64,000 nucleotides of DNA from Octopus bimaculoides (lineage: Eukaryota): assembly GCF_001194135.2 (NCBI RefSeq), contig NC_068989.1, positions 8,890,486 to 8,954,485 on the forward strand, in the 5' to 3' direction. Positions 50,801-61,509 of this stretch are shown here, in pieces. Position 1 is the stretch's first letter; every line of letters begins with the position of its first letter. A program made the position numbers and the translations under genes. Below the pieces are notes generated by a model. It was given only the letters and a program-made list of their open reading frames with translations, searched no databases and was not told where the DNA came from.

Positions 50801-53047
50801 GGGCTGAGGTTCTAAGGAGAAAAGACAGAGAATGGGGATTAGTGTGACATTTTTCTGTAACCATCATAATAACCTCTGTTCACCAGAGTTAGCTGGTCCC
50901 CTCTCAATCTTTTCTATCATCTCTTTTCACCTCTCATTATCCAACTACACCCAACTATGTACAAGCCACCATATCCAGTCTTTTTCCTTCAGAACGCCAT
51001 AAATCTGGAATGTTCTTCTCCATCACTACTGTCTATCATGCAGGAGTTAAGCTACAGCAACATCTAATGGCATCGAGGTCCTTGGTCTTGGAGAGTATGC
51101 AAAAGTTATTGACGCTACTCCTTCCAGAAGATTCAGCAAGTAAAAAACAGAATTTATTACTTCCACAACCTCCTACTATGTATTAGTGACCTTCAACAAT
51201 ATATTCTTGCTTGCCAGGATCAAGTTAGAGTGACCTCACCATTAACAAACAATTATGCTAATGATGCTTTTGCAGTGACATTCTTCTTTGCTGTCTTTCA
51301 CTGGGACTAAATGATATTACAAATTCAGATAATTATATAATTATCTAATAATTGCTAAAACAAATAATTTTAATACCAGCTAAAGATATCACACAACGAG
51401 AGAATGATTTTTGTTTTTATTTTGTATTTTTGTTTTTGATTTTTTTTTTTGGGGGGGGGGGTATTTTCTTTAGATGAGAGGGTACTAGTATTTTAACTCT
51501 TGATCCATTGTCAAAGGAATTAATGACAGTAAAGCTCTTAAAAAGTCAACGAGCAAGCAGAATCATTATCATGTCAGACAAAACGCTTAGCAGCATTTCA
51601 TCTGGCTTTTTATATACTGAGTTCAAATCCCAGAGATCAACTTTGCCTTTCATATCTTCAGGGTTGATAAAATAAAACACCAGTCAAGTTCTGGGATCGA
51701 TATAATCTCCTTGTTCCTTCCCATCAAAACCATTGGCCTTGAATCCTTTTATCCTGACACCAGGTAACCAGCCTTATGAGTGTTAGAGCTTAATAAAAAA
51801 AGTTTTTTAAGTTTTAGGCAAATTTCTTTTAAAGTTTTAAGCAAATCTGCAGAGTTGAGCAGAATAACTGCAGTAGCCCAAGACAAAACATGTCCATGCT
51901 GACACTTCCAATCAGTTAAGATCAGAAACCATGAGAACCACTGCCTCATTATCATTGTAATCAAGATGGTGAGCTGGCAAAACTGTTAACAAGCCAGACA
52001 ATATTCCTTTTGAATAGTTCAAATCACAAGGGACCAATATTCTGGGAAGAAAAAGTTGGGCATACTGGTTCACGTGAGATCTGGGCACAATATGGATGGT
52101 GAGAGGAAGTGGGACCAAGTTAGCCAGGGGTGTCTGAGAGGAGGTTGCATGAAACCAGGTAGCTTTGAGGGGCTGAAATGTAATGGTGGTTGGAAAAACG
52201 GGCAGAGAAGAGATGTGAGACGTTTTGGCACAGCCATTTTGGCACTGCCCATTTGGCATCACTGATTTGACATCAGATGTTTCTTTCATTGATTCCTACC
52301 CTCCTCTCTCTCTCTCTCCGTACATGTATATTTCTGTGCTCACACACACGTGTGTGTGTGTGCATGCACGTGCACATGTGTGCATGTGGATCAAAAGTTG
52401 GAGTGTGGTGTTGTTGAGCAATTCATGCCAATCAATTAGATGGCCATTTTTGGATGCATTAGGATGTCCATATGTTACAACAGCCCCACCCCAGATGCAG
52501 GAGCAATACTCAATTGTGGATTTCGTTTGAGCTTCATAGGGGATTAATAATTTTCAGATTTGAAGGCCCTCTGGTTGTAAAGAGAGTTATACCTTGAGAG
52601 ATCTAATAGCATACTTTCTCTCTGTTTGAAGTGGGGTATATAATACCATTTCCTTGATAGGTATAGTGATTGAATCTCTGTGGAGTAGGAGGAGATAAGG
52701 TTGGCATGACTTCACAGGCAGATATTTCCAAAGTCACCGATTCTTGGAGTCAGAGCAGGACTGCCATGAAAGTACTATTACATTCAACGAAGTCAGAAAA
52801 TATCAGGAAATAATGCTGAAATAAAATATTTAAGAAGACATATTTGTTTACCTTTAAAATCTATGTCAAGACCACTAAACTGCAATTCAACACCAAGTAA
52901 GGCTTCACCCAGTGTTTCATGGTAATGACTAATGCTTTCTTTTGGGCCACCACAGAAGGGCAATGAGAAATACTCATAGGTTTCCTGCCGATTGTGGTAT
53001 GGCCCTACTGTGTTCATCCATACGACCACTTCATCTGTATTGTCATA
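20559..53047 (-). CDS. TM9SF3: Transmembrane 9 superfamily member 3 (nonaspanin), 5'-partial; join(complement) of 14 exons: 52852-53047, 42519-42641, 39126-39286, 38556-38633, 36816-36947, 33130-33296, 32725-32819, 31126-31256, 30471-30610, 28998-29066, 28356-28502, 24191-24274, 22578-22654, 20559-20626
   Basis: Manually spliced exons all have AG/GT ends, matching phases and no internal stop: 1668 nt = 555 aa + TAA. The peptide carries TM9SF3 hallmarks recognised from memory ([80 protein letters not shown]-terminal VKID). Confidence 0.97.
20941..21200. mobile_element. Palindromic element made of two head-to-head copies of a SINE/Penelope-type tail
   Basis: Arms TTTACATTTGACGGATATTTGTCCTCATC...CTGATGA...GGTTCT(A/C)ATTCCTAAGGTA(T/C)TTTT are mutually reverse-complementary. 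The same tail recurs at ~50020 and ~61875. Confidence 0.7.
22578..22654 (-). CDS. TM9SF3: TM9SF3 exon 14 (77 nt; [26 protein letters not shown])
   Basis: Acceptor cttcag, donor gtaag. Confidence 0.96.
24191..24274 (-). CDS. TM9SF3: TM9SF3 exon 13 (84 nt; [28 protein letters not shown])
   Basis: Acceptor ttgcag, donor gtaag. Confidence 0.96.
25667..25909. mobile_element. Fold-back (MITE-like) element in TM9SF3 intron 12
   Basis: About 100-bp arms (AAACAATTGCAGTGTGGAA...TTGCCAAAATATTTTTGT and its reverse complement) around a ~37-bp spacer. Confidence 0.75.
26578..26923 (-). mobile_element. tRNA-derived SINE family C
   Basis: Head GGCTGTGTGGTAAG...GGTTCAGTCCCACTGCG, tail ...GACTGAAACAAGTAAAAG. 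Further copies at 47225-47602, 48035-48580, 54535-54925, 61910-62335 (all -); partial copies at 7470-7680 (-), 53990-54190, 56130-56420, 60605-60715 (+). Confidence 0.88.
28356..28502 (-). CDS. TM9SF3: TM9SF3 exon 12 (147 nt; [19 protein letters not shown]...[10 protein letters not shown])
   Basis: Acceptor tttcag, donor gtaag. Confidence 0.96.
28998..29066 (-). CDS. TM9SF3: TM9SF3 exon 11 (69 nt; [23 protein letters not shown])
   Basis: Acceptor tccag, donor gtaag. Confidence 0.96.
30471..30610 (-). CDS. TM9SF3: TM9SF3 exon 10 (140 nt; [47 protein letters not shown])
   Basis: Acceptor ggcag, donor gtaag. Confidence 0.96.
31126..31256 (-). CDS. TM9SF3: TM9SF3 exon 9 (131 nt; [15 protein letters not shown]...[12 protein letters not shown])
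   Basis: Acceptor ttttag, donor gtaag. Confidence 0.96.
31420..32034 (+). mobile_element. Two tandem copies of SINE/RTE-tail family D
   Basis: GAGTGGTTGGCGTTAGGAAGGGCATCCAGCTGTAGAAAC...CCATGCTAGCATGGAAAGCGGACGTTAAACGATGATGA. Other copies: + at 15743-15884, 24516-24770, 24890-25165, 42150-42435, 63420-63600; - at 29119-29216, 29790-29985, 33988-34245, 35780-35950, 37933-38400, 62728-62880. Confidence 0.85.
32262..32486. repeat. Degenerate ~24-bp minisatellite (GCTTTTACGTGGCACCAGCACCAGT-like), about 9 units
   Basis: The unit also occurs tandemly in family D copies at 24880-25020, 34140-34240 and 42150-42290. Confidence 0.7.
32725..32819 (-). CDS. TM9SF3: TM9SF3 exon 8 (95 nt; [32 protein letters not shown])
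   Basis: Acceptor ctgcag, donor gtaat. Confidence 0.96.
33130..33296 (-). CDS. TM9SF3: TM9SF3 exon 7 (167 nt; [20 protein letters not shown]...GELYTE)
   Basis: Acceptor ttttag, donor gtgag. Confidence 0.96.
33495..33872 (-). mobile_element. RTE-clade (Expander/Rex3-like) LINE 3' fragment
   Basis: [45 protein letters not shown]..., then KRPRGR; (GAA)-like tail. Confidence 0.8.
36585..36773. mobile_element. Non-autonomous element with terminal palindrome TACCTCCGCC...GGCAGAGGTA (Helentron/DINE-like); inverse copy at 55254-55440
   Basis: The two copies in opposite orientation share the terminal hairpin and body; class assignment is by resemblance only. Confidence 0.45.
36816..36947 (-). CDS. 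TM9SF3: TM9SF3 exon 6 (132 nt; [44 protein letters not shown]; first TM helix)
   Basis: Acceptor tttag, donor gtaag. Confidence 0.96.
37320..37455. repeat. Inverted repeat, 54-bp arms, containing CTGAAGA...GAAATATC
   Basis: Arms differ by one substitution and a 3-nt indel; 25-nt spacer. Confidence 0.9.
37470..37660. repeat. Near-perfect inverted repeat (89-bp arms, 13-nt loop) built from SINE family D body
   Basis: 37470-37558 versus 37572-37660 match at 88/89 positions. Confidence 0.95.
38556..38633 (-). CDS. TM9SF3: TM9SF3 exon 5 (78 nt; [26 protein letters not shown])
   Basis: Acceptor cccag, donor gtaag; lies in ORF 38541-38732. Confidence 0.96.
39126..39286 (-). CDS. TM9SF3: TM9SF3 exon 4 (161 nt; [37 protein letters not shown]...TFTYQ)
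   Basis: Acceptor ctag, donor gtaag; translated by hand (absent from the ORF track). Confidence 0.95.
42519..42641 (-). CDS. TM9SF3: TM9SF3 exon 3 (123 nt; AEVTKTEYC...[11 protein letters not shown])
   Basis: Acceptor ctgcag, donor gtgag; phase 1 at both ends. Confidence 0.96.
42773..42976. mobile_element. piggyBac-like MITE
   Basis: Ends CCCATTAGTGCC / GGCGCTAATGGG flanked by (G)TAA and TTAA. Confidence 0.5.
42984..43534. mobile_element. Tc1/mariner-derived fold-back MITE (551 bp, TA TSD)
   Basis: TA-CAGGGTTATTCAAAAA...TTTTTGAATAACCCTG-TA with ~240-bp arms. The centre and right arm encode [23 protein letters not shown]...GGHMEHL*, a mariner transposase C-terminus. Confidence 0.9.
44200..45663 (-). 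mobile_element. Chapaev3 (CMC superfamily) DNA transposon relic with fragmented transposase
   Basis: Minus-strand motifs DLVRDL...[63 protein letters not shown] and ADFCW. One terminus CACTGTATAACAA at 45663 is flanked by TAA; the other end was not found. Confidence 0.8.
45680..46110 (+). mobile_element. Short RTE-derived non-autonomous element (5'-UTR-like start joined to RTE-like 3' end)
   Basis: Starts CCTTGCCATGATGTGGTGGCTTGTGTGCCTCAA...CCCATGCTGGACAGGTCAAAGGATAGAGGCC, ends GGCTTATGCTCCATAGGGAACAAAAGG...CAAGTAA; resemblance from memory. Confidence 0.45.
47225..47602 (-). mobile_element. SINE family C, full length
   Basis: Head and tail both present; high similarity to 26578-26923 and 61910-62335. 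Confidence 0.88.
49258..49632 (-). mobile_element. Full-length SINE family B copy with 11-bp TSD
   Basis: About 95% identical by eye to 10255-10627; TSD TCTGTGGTATT at 49247-49257 and 49633-49643. Confidence 0.9.
50820..51070 (+). mobile_element. Very degenerate CR1/Jockey-group LINE 3' fragment
   Basis: Traces of FY..YN..CS.EL, HPNYV and SFFPR...IWN.L motifs with frameshifts. Confidence 0.35.
52390..52790 (-). mobile_element. Degenerate CR1/Jockey-group LINE RT fragment just downstream of the exon 2 donor
   Basis: The minus strand reads [19 protein letters not shown] (cf. LYKAQIRP.LEYCS.IWGGA). Confidence 0.5.
52852..53047 (-). CDS. TM9SF3: TM9SF3 coding exon 2 (196 nt; [21 protein letters not shown]...GLDIDFK)
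   Basis: Acceptor tttttttcag/TAT, donor AAAG/gtaaac. Confidence 0.96.
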
Positions 53048-53561
53048 CTGAAAAAAAAACAAACAGAATTAGTATTCTTAATAAAAGGATGAACATATTA
53101 AGTTTCAGAGGTGAGCAAGTTCCACTCAAGTGCTATAAATGCATAACTCAAGCTGTAATTTTAACGTGTCAAACCAACATCTTGCTTGTTTCTTGTCTTG
53201 GATTGGTTTACAATTTTTAAAATTTATTGGTAATGTACTTGTCAAGCAAGTAACTTGATTTAAGACTATGAGTTGAAACTTAAGTAACTACATCATAGAA
53301 AGGCCATTTTTTAAATGCTGAATATGTGATGTGCATGTATTACAGACAAATCTATAAATTTCCCTTTTTTGGCACCTCATGAAATATATTTAAATTTTCA
53401 GAGAACTTAAAAGCTTTGAGTGTTATCAAATGCATCTTCTCCAATGTGGTTGCTGTTCTTTTTTTAACTTCTCCAACATGGGAAAACATTAACAGAAAGA
53501 CCCCCACCACCCCCACCACAAAATCAGATATTCAACATTAAAAAGGGTTATCTCAGTTTAA

Positions 53562-53815
53562 CCCTTTTGATACCCAGCCATCTGAAGCCACCCTGGGTTC
53601 TATGGTACAAACTTCCTTTAGCATTTAAACTGGCCCAAATATTCTACTTTTTTACACTTAAATCAATTAGATCCCATCTTTCACACCTACCCTACAATGT
53701 CATTCAAAAAATATACAATCATACCAAAATCTTGAAGCTACAAGATAAATACATGATTAATCCAAAGCAATGTGGATAAATAAACATCACATTTAACAAT
53801 CTGAATGCTAAAGGA
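53562..53815. mobile_element. TTAA-flanked piggyBac-like MITE; related ends at 48590-48692 and 62930-63140
   Basis: TTAA-CCCTTT...AATGCTAAAGGA-TTAA. Confidence 0.45.
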
Positions 53816-54717
53816 TTAAAGTGAGCTAAATTAGAACATTCCATCAGAATCTTGTGTTTATGCTCACCAACTGAATAAGGAGTTATTCACAAAATTCTTC
53901 ATTATATTCCTAATTAATTTAAACTAATAGAAATATGGTGAGGAAAGGGTTAAACTAAAATTCCAGTCTTCAATACAGAAACACTGTGTTGACTGTGTTT
54001 ATCCCCACACCATCGCTAGACAACCAATGTTGGTGTGTTTACATCCCATAACTTAGCAGTTCAGCAAAAAGAGACTGATAGAATAAGTACTAGGCTTACA
54101 AAGGATAAGTCCTGGGGTCGATTTGTTCGACTAAAGGCAGTGTTCCAGCATGGCCACAGTCAAAATGATTGAAACAAGTAAAAGATTAAAAGATTAATAC
54201 ACAGAATATTTTAAGAATTTTTTTAAAATACAATTTCTTACAATATTCAGTTCTAAAAATAGGATTTTTTAAACATTGAATGGTTACAAGAAAAGGTTCA
54301 CAGGTAAAAAAAATGGTTGGGAAGCACTGATCTAAGATATTCCACTGCAATTAATGCACCCACTGCTTGCAGTGACTATGCAGTTGCAACCAACTGTTCT
54401 CTCACAACCTACATTCTAAGCAAAACCTTTCTCTGATGTTATGTCATGCTTTTAAGGTCCCTGCTACTCATAATAGGGATGTATTGATAGGCACACCATT
54501 TTACTCTTCCCTGTTTCAAAATATATTTCATCTTTTACTCTTTTACTTGTTTCAGTCATTGGACTGCAGCCATGCTGGGGTACCTGCCTTAAAGAGATTT
54601 CAGTTGAACAAACTGACCCCTGCACTTTTTGTTTTTAAGCCAGGTTCTTATTCTATGGATCTCTTGATTAACCGCTAAGTTATGGGGACATAAACACACC
54701 AAAACCAGTTGTCAAAG

Positions 54718-54766
<49 letters not shown>

Positions 54767-56422
54767 GCAACCTTCCTGCAGTTTCCATCTACCAGATCCA
54801 CTCACAAGACTTTGGTCAGCCTGAGGCTATAGCAGAAATCCCTTATCCAAGGTGCAACGAAGTGGGGCTGAACCCTGAACCATGTGGTTGGAAAGCAAAC
54901 TTCTTACCACACAGCCACACCTATGCCTATTCGAAGATATACAAACAATTACAAATGATTGTAATGCAGAATTTTCCATAGTCATGCAGTTCTGAAGTCA
55001 TTCTGAAAGCTAGAGTGAATAAAAGAGTGACGAAAACTAGTTCTCTTAAGCAGCAATAACTGCACGTGAAAATATCTCTCTGTACTTACTGCCAATTTTA
55101 ACAAGTAAATCAACAAATATCACAAATACAAATAGTCATTTCCACAAGTCAAAACAGTACCTAATCCAAAAGCACAATATTAGTTTTATAAGAAAACATA
55201 TTAGCTTTTAACTTTTTAGCAGTCAGACTAATCAGGCAAATGTAGTACTTCTTTATTACCTCCGCCTTAGAGAAGGTCAAGCTATAGCTTTCAGTCATGC
55301 TTGTTTGTCCATGGTCAAGATATCTCAAGACCCGCTGAAGGTATTCGGATGAAACTTTCATGGAAATTTGGCCTTGTGACTGGCATGCACTGAATGGATT
55401 TTGGGATCAGTCTGGGACAAGACGAGGATTCTGGATTATTTTTCAGGTTTTTATTTTTTATTTTTGAGAGCGGTCAGGTTCATTTTTAGTATTCCCGCGC
55501 TAACGTTTCTGCCAGCTCACTGCCTTTATTGCAATTTCTATCTACTAATTCCACTCTGAAGGCATTTGCTGGCCCAAGGATATAGAAACTGTTTGCTCAA
55601 AATGCTATGCAGTGTGGGTCTAAACCTCAAAGTGATTATAAAGCTAACTTACTAACTTCATACACGCCTATTCCTTTATGTATAGAATCGCTATTATACG
55701 TATATATGAATTTGTGTGCATGTATATACACCATACAACCGGAATATTATATTTAAATTCTATATGTTCTATATTTAAATTCTATTCACACAGAGACACT
55801 AAATTCTATCCTGCCTCAAGGTCATTGCAAACTTGTGAAACCAAATCTTAGAAATATTCACTAACACCCTGCTGAGTTGGTTGGAATTCTTGAATTATCA
55901 CAACTGCAGAGTGAAGTCATTGAAATGCTATATTTTATTAACTTTGACCATGAATTGTACCAAAGCAATTGTTTTGTTTTTTTATGCTCTTTTTATTAAC
56001 CAGCAATTACATTTTGGAAAAGCCATTTTAACCATCTAAAAACAGACAAAAAAACAGTTCCATTAACTTTTCTTATTTCATGAGATCTCAAGATTTCCAT
56101 TATCACTGTGGTCCTGTGTCAGTGACCAAGTAGTAGTAAATGCAATAAAAATGCGACTATGCGATTCCAGGTTCAGTCCCACTGCACTGCACTTGGGCAA
56201 ATGTCTTCTACAACAGCAATGGACTCACCAATGATTTGTGAGTGAAATTGGTAGATGGAAACTGTACGCAAACTTGTGTTTGTCTACACCACCATTTGAC
56301 AATCAATGTTAGTTTGCTTATGTCCCCATAACTTAGCAGTTCAACAAAAGAGACTAATAGAATAAGTATCAGGGTTTAAAAAATAAATACAGAATTCAAT
56401 TTGTTCAACTAAACTCTTAAGG

Positions 56423-56735
56423 TGGAGGCACATGGCCTAGTGATTAGAGCAGCAGACTCACGGTCAAGGGATTGTGAGTTCAAATCTCAGACCGGGCGAT
56501 GTGTGTGTTTATGAGCAAAACACCTAAGTTCCATGCGGCTCTGGCAGAAGATAATGGTGAACCTCTGCTGACTCTTTCGCCACAACTTTTTCTCACTCTT
56601 TCCTCCTGCATCTTGCAGCTCACCTACGACAGACCAGCGTCCCGTCCAGGTGGGGAACCAATACGCCAATGAAACCAGGAAACTGGCTCTTATCAGTCAA
56701 GTATGGCTCAAGAAGGAACAAACAACGACAACAAA
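56423..56735 (+). mobile_element. SINE with family-B-like head and a different 3' half, nested in a family C SINE tail
   Basis: GGAGGCACATGGCCTAGTG...GAGTTCAAATC head and (AAC)n-like end; family C tail sequence lies on both sides (56130-56420 and 56740-56790). Confidence 0.65.
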
Positions 56736-58908
56736 CTCTCAAGGGGGTACCCCAGCATGGCTAATAGTCCAATAACTGAAACAAGTAAGAGATCAAAGAA
56801 AAGAAAATAGCTTTTTGTTGGTTTTTAAATTACTAAAATGGCATTTTGCACAATGTAATTGCTTCTATTTCAAACCATGGTTTTAGAAGATCAACTCGCA
56901 TCAGATGTGTACAAGACTGAAATTTCTAATAACCAATTAATAAAAATTTGTTTATCATGTTTTTTCAATCAATGCAAGAATTAGTTCATACTGTATTAGT
57001 GAAGTTAACATTAAATAACTAGCCAAGCACAAGTTATAAAATGATGAACATACAAACAATTCACAAGATGCAAGATTTCATTCCTAGATTAATACGCAAT
57101 TATAGTTTTGAATTCTTTACATTCTGAACACATACCAAACCTGAAGTTGTTTTATTATGCTTCTTTTTTTTTATTTTAGATTTATATTTTTTGGTAAGGT
57201 TTGCAAATTTTAAGATATTTTAAAGAGAATGTTCTATTCGACATAGAAATATCACTCATCTTAATTATTGCTGCTGCATATTTTCAAAGCCACGGTATCA
57301 AGAATTTAAACAAAGAAATCACATAAAATCAGAATAAGGTGATTGGGTGTGGCTGTTTGGAAGTAGATGATTCGGCATGGCTGACTGGACAGTCAACCTG
57401 TTTTGGCAACAGTATGTTCCAGCATTAGTGGCAAACACACACATGCAGACACACAAGCATACAGAAACATACACATAGGCGTAGGAGTGGCCATGTGGGA
57501 AGAAGTTTGCTTCCCAACCACATGGTTCTGGGTTCAGTCCCACTGCACAGCACCTTAGGCAAGTGTCTTCTACTCTAGACTCTAGCTCCTGTTAAACCAG
57601 CCAACCCATGCCAGCATAGAAAAAAGAAGTTAAACGATGATGATGATGGGTTTCTTTACTTTTGTTTGCCAATTCCATTCACAATGCTTGGGCTGGCCTA
57701 ATACTATAGGAGGAGGCACTTGCTCGAGGCACCATGCAATGGGACCGATCTCAAAACCATGTGACTGCAAAGTAAATTTTTGCAACCATTCAGCCACGCC
57801 TGTGGAAAAACAACAATTCATTATTCACTGGCAATAAAAGATAACATTAAGTCACAAGACACACTAGTAGTGTTACAACCACACACACGACTAAATTTCT
57901 ACCAATCACAGAGTTCACACTATTGACATTTACACACATCACACAAGGAATATTAAAGCCGCTAAGTCTTAACATATTCACTGGCACCAACATTTCTCTA
58001 ACACGAATATAGTACCAGTTTAACATTTAGATCTTATATAGAATATGTCAATCATGCTGGAGATCTCAACATCCCTGGCACAGTTCCAACAAATGAGCAA
58101 TCCAAAATAGTGTTCTTTATTTCTTAAATTATACAAACATCAAATGTTAGAAAAGGAAACTATAACACTCAACATCAAAAACTATCTTACCATATTCCAA
58201 ACCAATTAACAAACATAAGCATATTAGAACATCCCAAGTTCAGGGTCTCACCCATTGTACATAAACCAATATTGAAAATAGCAACTTATTTTCAAGGTCA
58301 AAAATTGTATTCTAGGTTATCATTCCTTTAGAATGAATTTATAATAAATATGTTCAGATGTGGCTGTGTGGTTAATAAGTTTACTTCCCAATCATGCTGT
58401 CTTGAGTTCAGTCTCACTGTACAGCACCTTGCACAGGTGTCTTCTACTATAGCCACAGGTTGACCAAAACCTTGTGAGTGGATTTGCCATCCAGAAACTG
58501 GAAGAAGCCTGTCGCAGGAATGTGCACGTATGTGTGTGTGTATCTAAACATCATATTATGATTGCAAATGAGCATCACCATTATACAAGTGATGTTATTT
58601 ATTTCCAGTCTTCTGTGAAAAACATGTCTGGTCACAGGGAAATATTATTTTGCTAAGAAACAGGTGAGGGTTGGCAACAAGAAGGGGATTCAACTGTAGA
58701 ATATCTACCAACAAATTCCATCTGACCCATGCCAGCATAAAAAAGTGCATGTTAAATGATAATGACGATTATGTGAGGGATCAAGTCTAGGGAGCAATGA
58801 ACATTTAAAACTTTTGAAAATACCAAATCAATCTGAACAAAGAATTACATTAAAATTACACTAAATGCCACTCTGTCACCATATAGCCACATATATATAT
58901 ATATATAT

Positions 58909-59299
58909 CAGGCATGTGCCGTCAGCAATTATTCAGGGTAGGCAATTGGTGACCTCTGTGTAGTAAAATACAAAAAATAAGCGAGACACAGGCGTGCGAC
59001 TGAGTTGAAGGCAGATTTACTTCTGCCTTTATAGCACATAAAGAAAATGTTGTAGGAGTGTACGCAGCACGTGTACTACAGCATTACTATGAGTAGCTTA
59101 AATACAGAGATTGAAAAGCAGAGGTGAATAATGTCAGCCTAATCTACAAAAAAGATAAAATATTTTGTATTTTATGAGTAACCTTCATAAGTTCATTGAA
59201 TTAGGTGCATATTTTGCCATAAAAGGAAAATGTTGCTATTGAACTATTTTATTTAAGGTAGGTACTTCCTTCCTTGCCTACCTAGGCAGCACGTCCCTG
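58909..59299. mobile_element. hAT-like MITE inserted into (TA)n
   Basis: Imperfect TIRs CAGGCATGTGCCG...GGTAGGCAA / TTGCCTACCTAGGCAGCACGTCCCTG; ATATATAT on both sides fits an 8-bp TSD. Confidence 0.6.
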
Positions 59300-61190
59300 A
59301 TATATATATATATATATATAGTTGTTATATTGTTTTGATAACATAATAGGTTAGATAGGACGATGTCTATATTACAATAACCAATAATATGTTGTGCATG
59401 TATAGTCATTTTACAATCATGAAATTAGCATTAGTTTGTCTCACTCATTTTCACGGAACCCCTAGGAACCTTTTGCAGAACCCTAGGGTTCCAGGAAGCC
59501 CCAGTTGAGAAACGCTGGCTTAGGGAAACAAAAAATTTTTCTCTCAACTGAGTAGCAAATAGTAGCCTGGAAATAATTTTATTCAACTAGTCATGCTAGA
59601 TATAACCGAATTAACAAAGCCGTCCGGTACATATAAAACGGAAACATAATACATCTATAGAAATTATTTGGATTTTAAGCATACAAAGAGAACATAAAAA
59701 AAGAGCTTAACACAAAACTGATTAAAATTCAAATGTATGTAAAGTATGTGTGTGTGTGTGTGTGTGTCTTTGTGTTTGCAAGCAAGCACACATGGATATT
59801 TACAGAATTTAAAAGAAACAATTTACAAAAAGACACGAGTTCTAAATCAACACATTTGAAAATGTGGACGTGTTAAATTCAACAATGCAGCAACTTGTGG
59901 AAGTAGAATTGCTTACTAAAATCTCTTTCACATCCAACTTAAGATGGTTCTAGAAAGAGTATCCTTGCTAAGAAATATATATTTGTTCCATTTCAGAGTA
60001 TTCTACTTCCACTTCAAACAAAGCAATACATCAGATACAAACAGCAGTGAAAGCTATTTTCAGCAATCAATAGTTCAATATTTCATTAATTAAATAAACT
60101 GTCTGAAGATATTCAATTGAATTTAAATTGATTGCTTTTTTAAACAAGATTTAATATTCGACAAAGCCCCACCTCCATTTTTAAAGCCCTCTTCTTTCCT
60201 AAAGCAACTGCTAGCCTTTTGGGACCCCATAACAGTCTTCTTATACTCATCAGGGTTACCTTTTTTGAGGTAGTTTTATGGCCAGATGCCTTCTCTGTTG
60301 TTGATCCTTTTAGTTGACTCTTACGACACACAGGGATTATGGTATTCAGGAAAGTCAGTGAGAATAGTTCATGCAGGGGACATTAAAAAGATAACTAGAA
60401 AAAAATATGCATTGCAATGGCTAAAATTATTTTGATTTGCTTAAACAAAAACAAGGTGACGACACTTAAGGCCAGGAAAAGATGTAGAATGCATTTTCAG
60501 TTACAGATTCCCAGAGGTCTCAATGTTCTAAAGAGACATTTTGACCCAAAGATATATACAAGTGTTGGGTGTAGAATAGTAAAAGGGGTATGCAGAAACA
60601 CTAAAAAGTACTAGGCTTACAAAGAATAAGCTCTGGGGTCGATTTGCTCGACTATAAAAAAAAGGCGGTGCTCCAGCATGGCCACAGTCAAATGACTGAA
60701 ACAAGTAAAAGAGTAAGAAAAGTCATGTCAGATTCTTGTTCCCTTCTTTTCTCTTCAGCCTTTTAGATTTGTTTAGACATCAATTAAGTCTATTTAGTTC
60801 CAATGTTGATGAGTGAGTAATCGACAGGCCAGAACTTGTGGTTGACTGACCACATCAGAATAAAACTTAAGTCCCCCACATGAAAGGACTGACACTTAAA
60901 ATGAACAAAAGGACCAAGCAGCATGATGGAACATGTCAAAAGAACGAAACACACATAAAATGAATGTGTCCATATCCTCTCTTAAGCTCACCTTCCTGTT
61001 CCTTGAGAGTTCGTTCTGACACCCCATCACTATCAACTTTATCTTCTTCATTTTACCAGTTTCTCTCGCCCACCTCTATATAATGTGAGGTAGCCATGTA
61101 TCTCCTCTTTTAGCAGGATTCATCTGTTTGACCCACCATCATATTTCAAGCTTTCAATCCACAGCATAAAGCCACCAGCACTTTCAAATA

Positions 61191-61414
61191 TGGTAGAACC
61201 TCGGTTCTCGAACAACTCTGATCACGAATAAATCGTGCTTGATAGATAGGTAGGTAGACAGACAGACAGATAGGTAAATGGATAGGTAGATAGATAAGTA
61301 GGTAGATAGATAGGTAGGTAGGTAGATAGATAGGTAGACAGACAGACAGAGATAGATATATATAAAGCACGATTTATTCATGATCCGAGGCATTTGTAAA
61401 CTGAGGTACTACTG
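61191..61414. mobile_element. pogo/Tigger-like MITE with central (GATA/GGTA)n microsatellite
   Basis: TA-TGGTAGAACCTCGG...GAGGTACTACTG-TA; inner inverted repeat GATCACGAATAAATCGTGCTT / AAGCACGATTTATTCATGATC. Confidence 0.65.
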
Positions 61415-61478
61415 TATTAAATGAATGGTCATATTTTGCCAATTAAATACACACACTAACATTTGATATTCATTTCAG

Positions 61479-61509
<31 letters not shown>

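Noticed and set aside
60140-60614. Lys-rich 63-65-aa ORFs in intron 1 as TM9SF3 exon 1 or a nested gene
   Set aside because: No signal peptide, no DEH motif, no suitable donor and no recognisable family.
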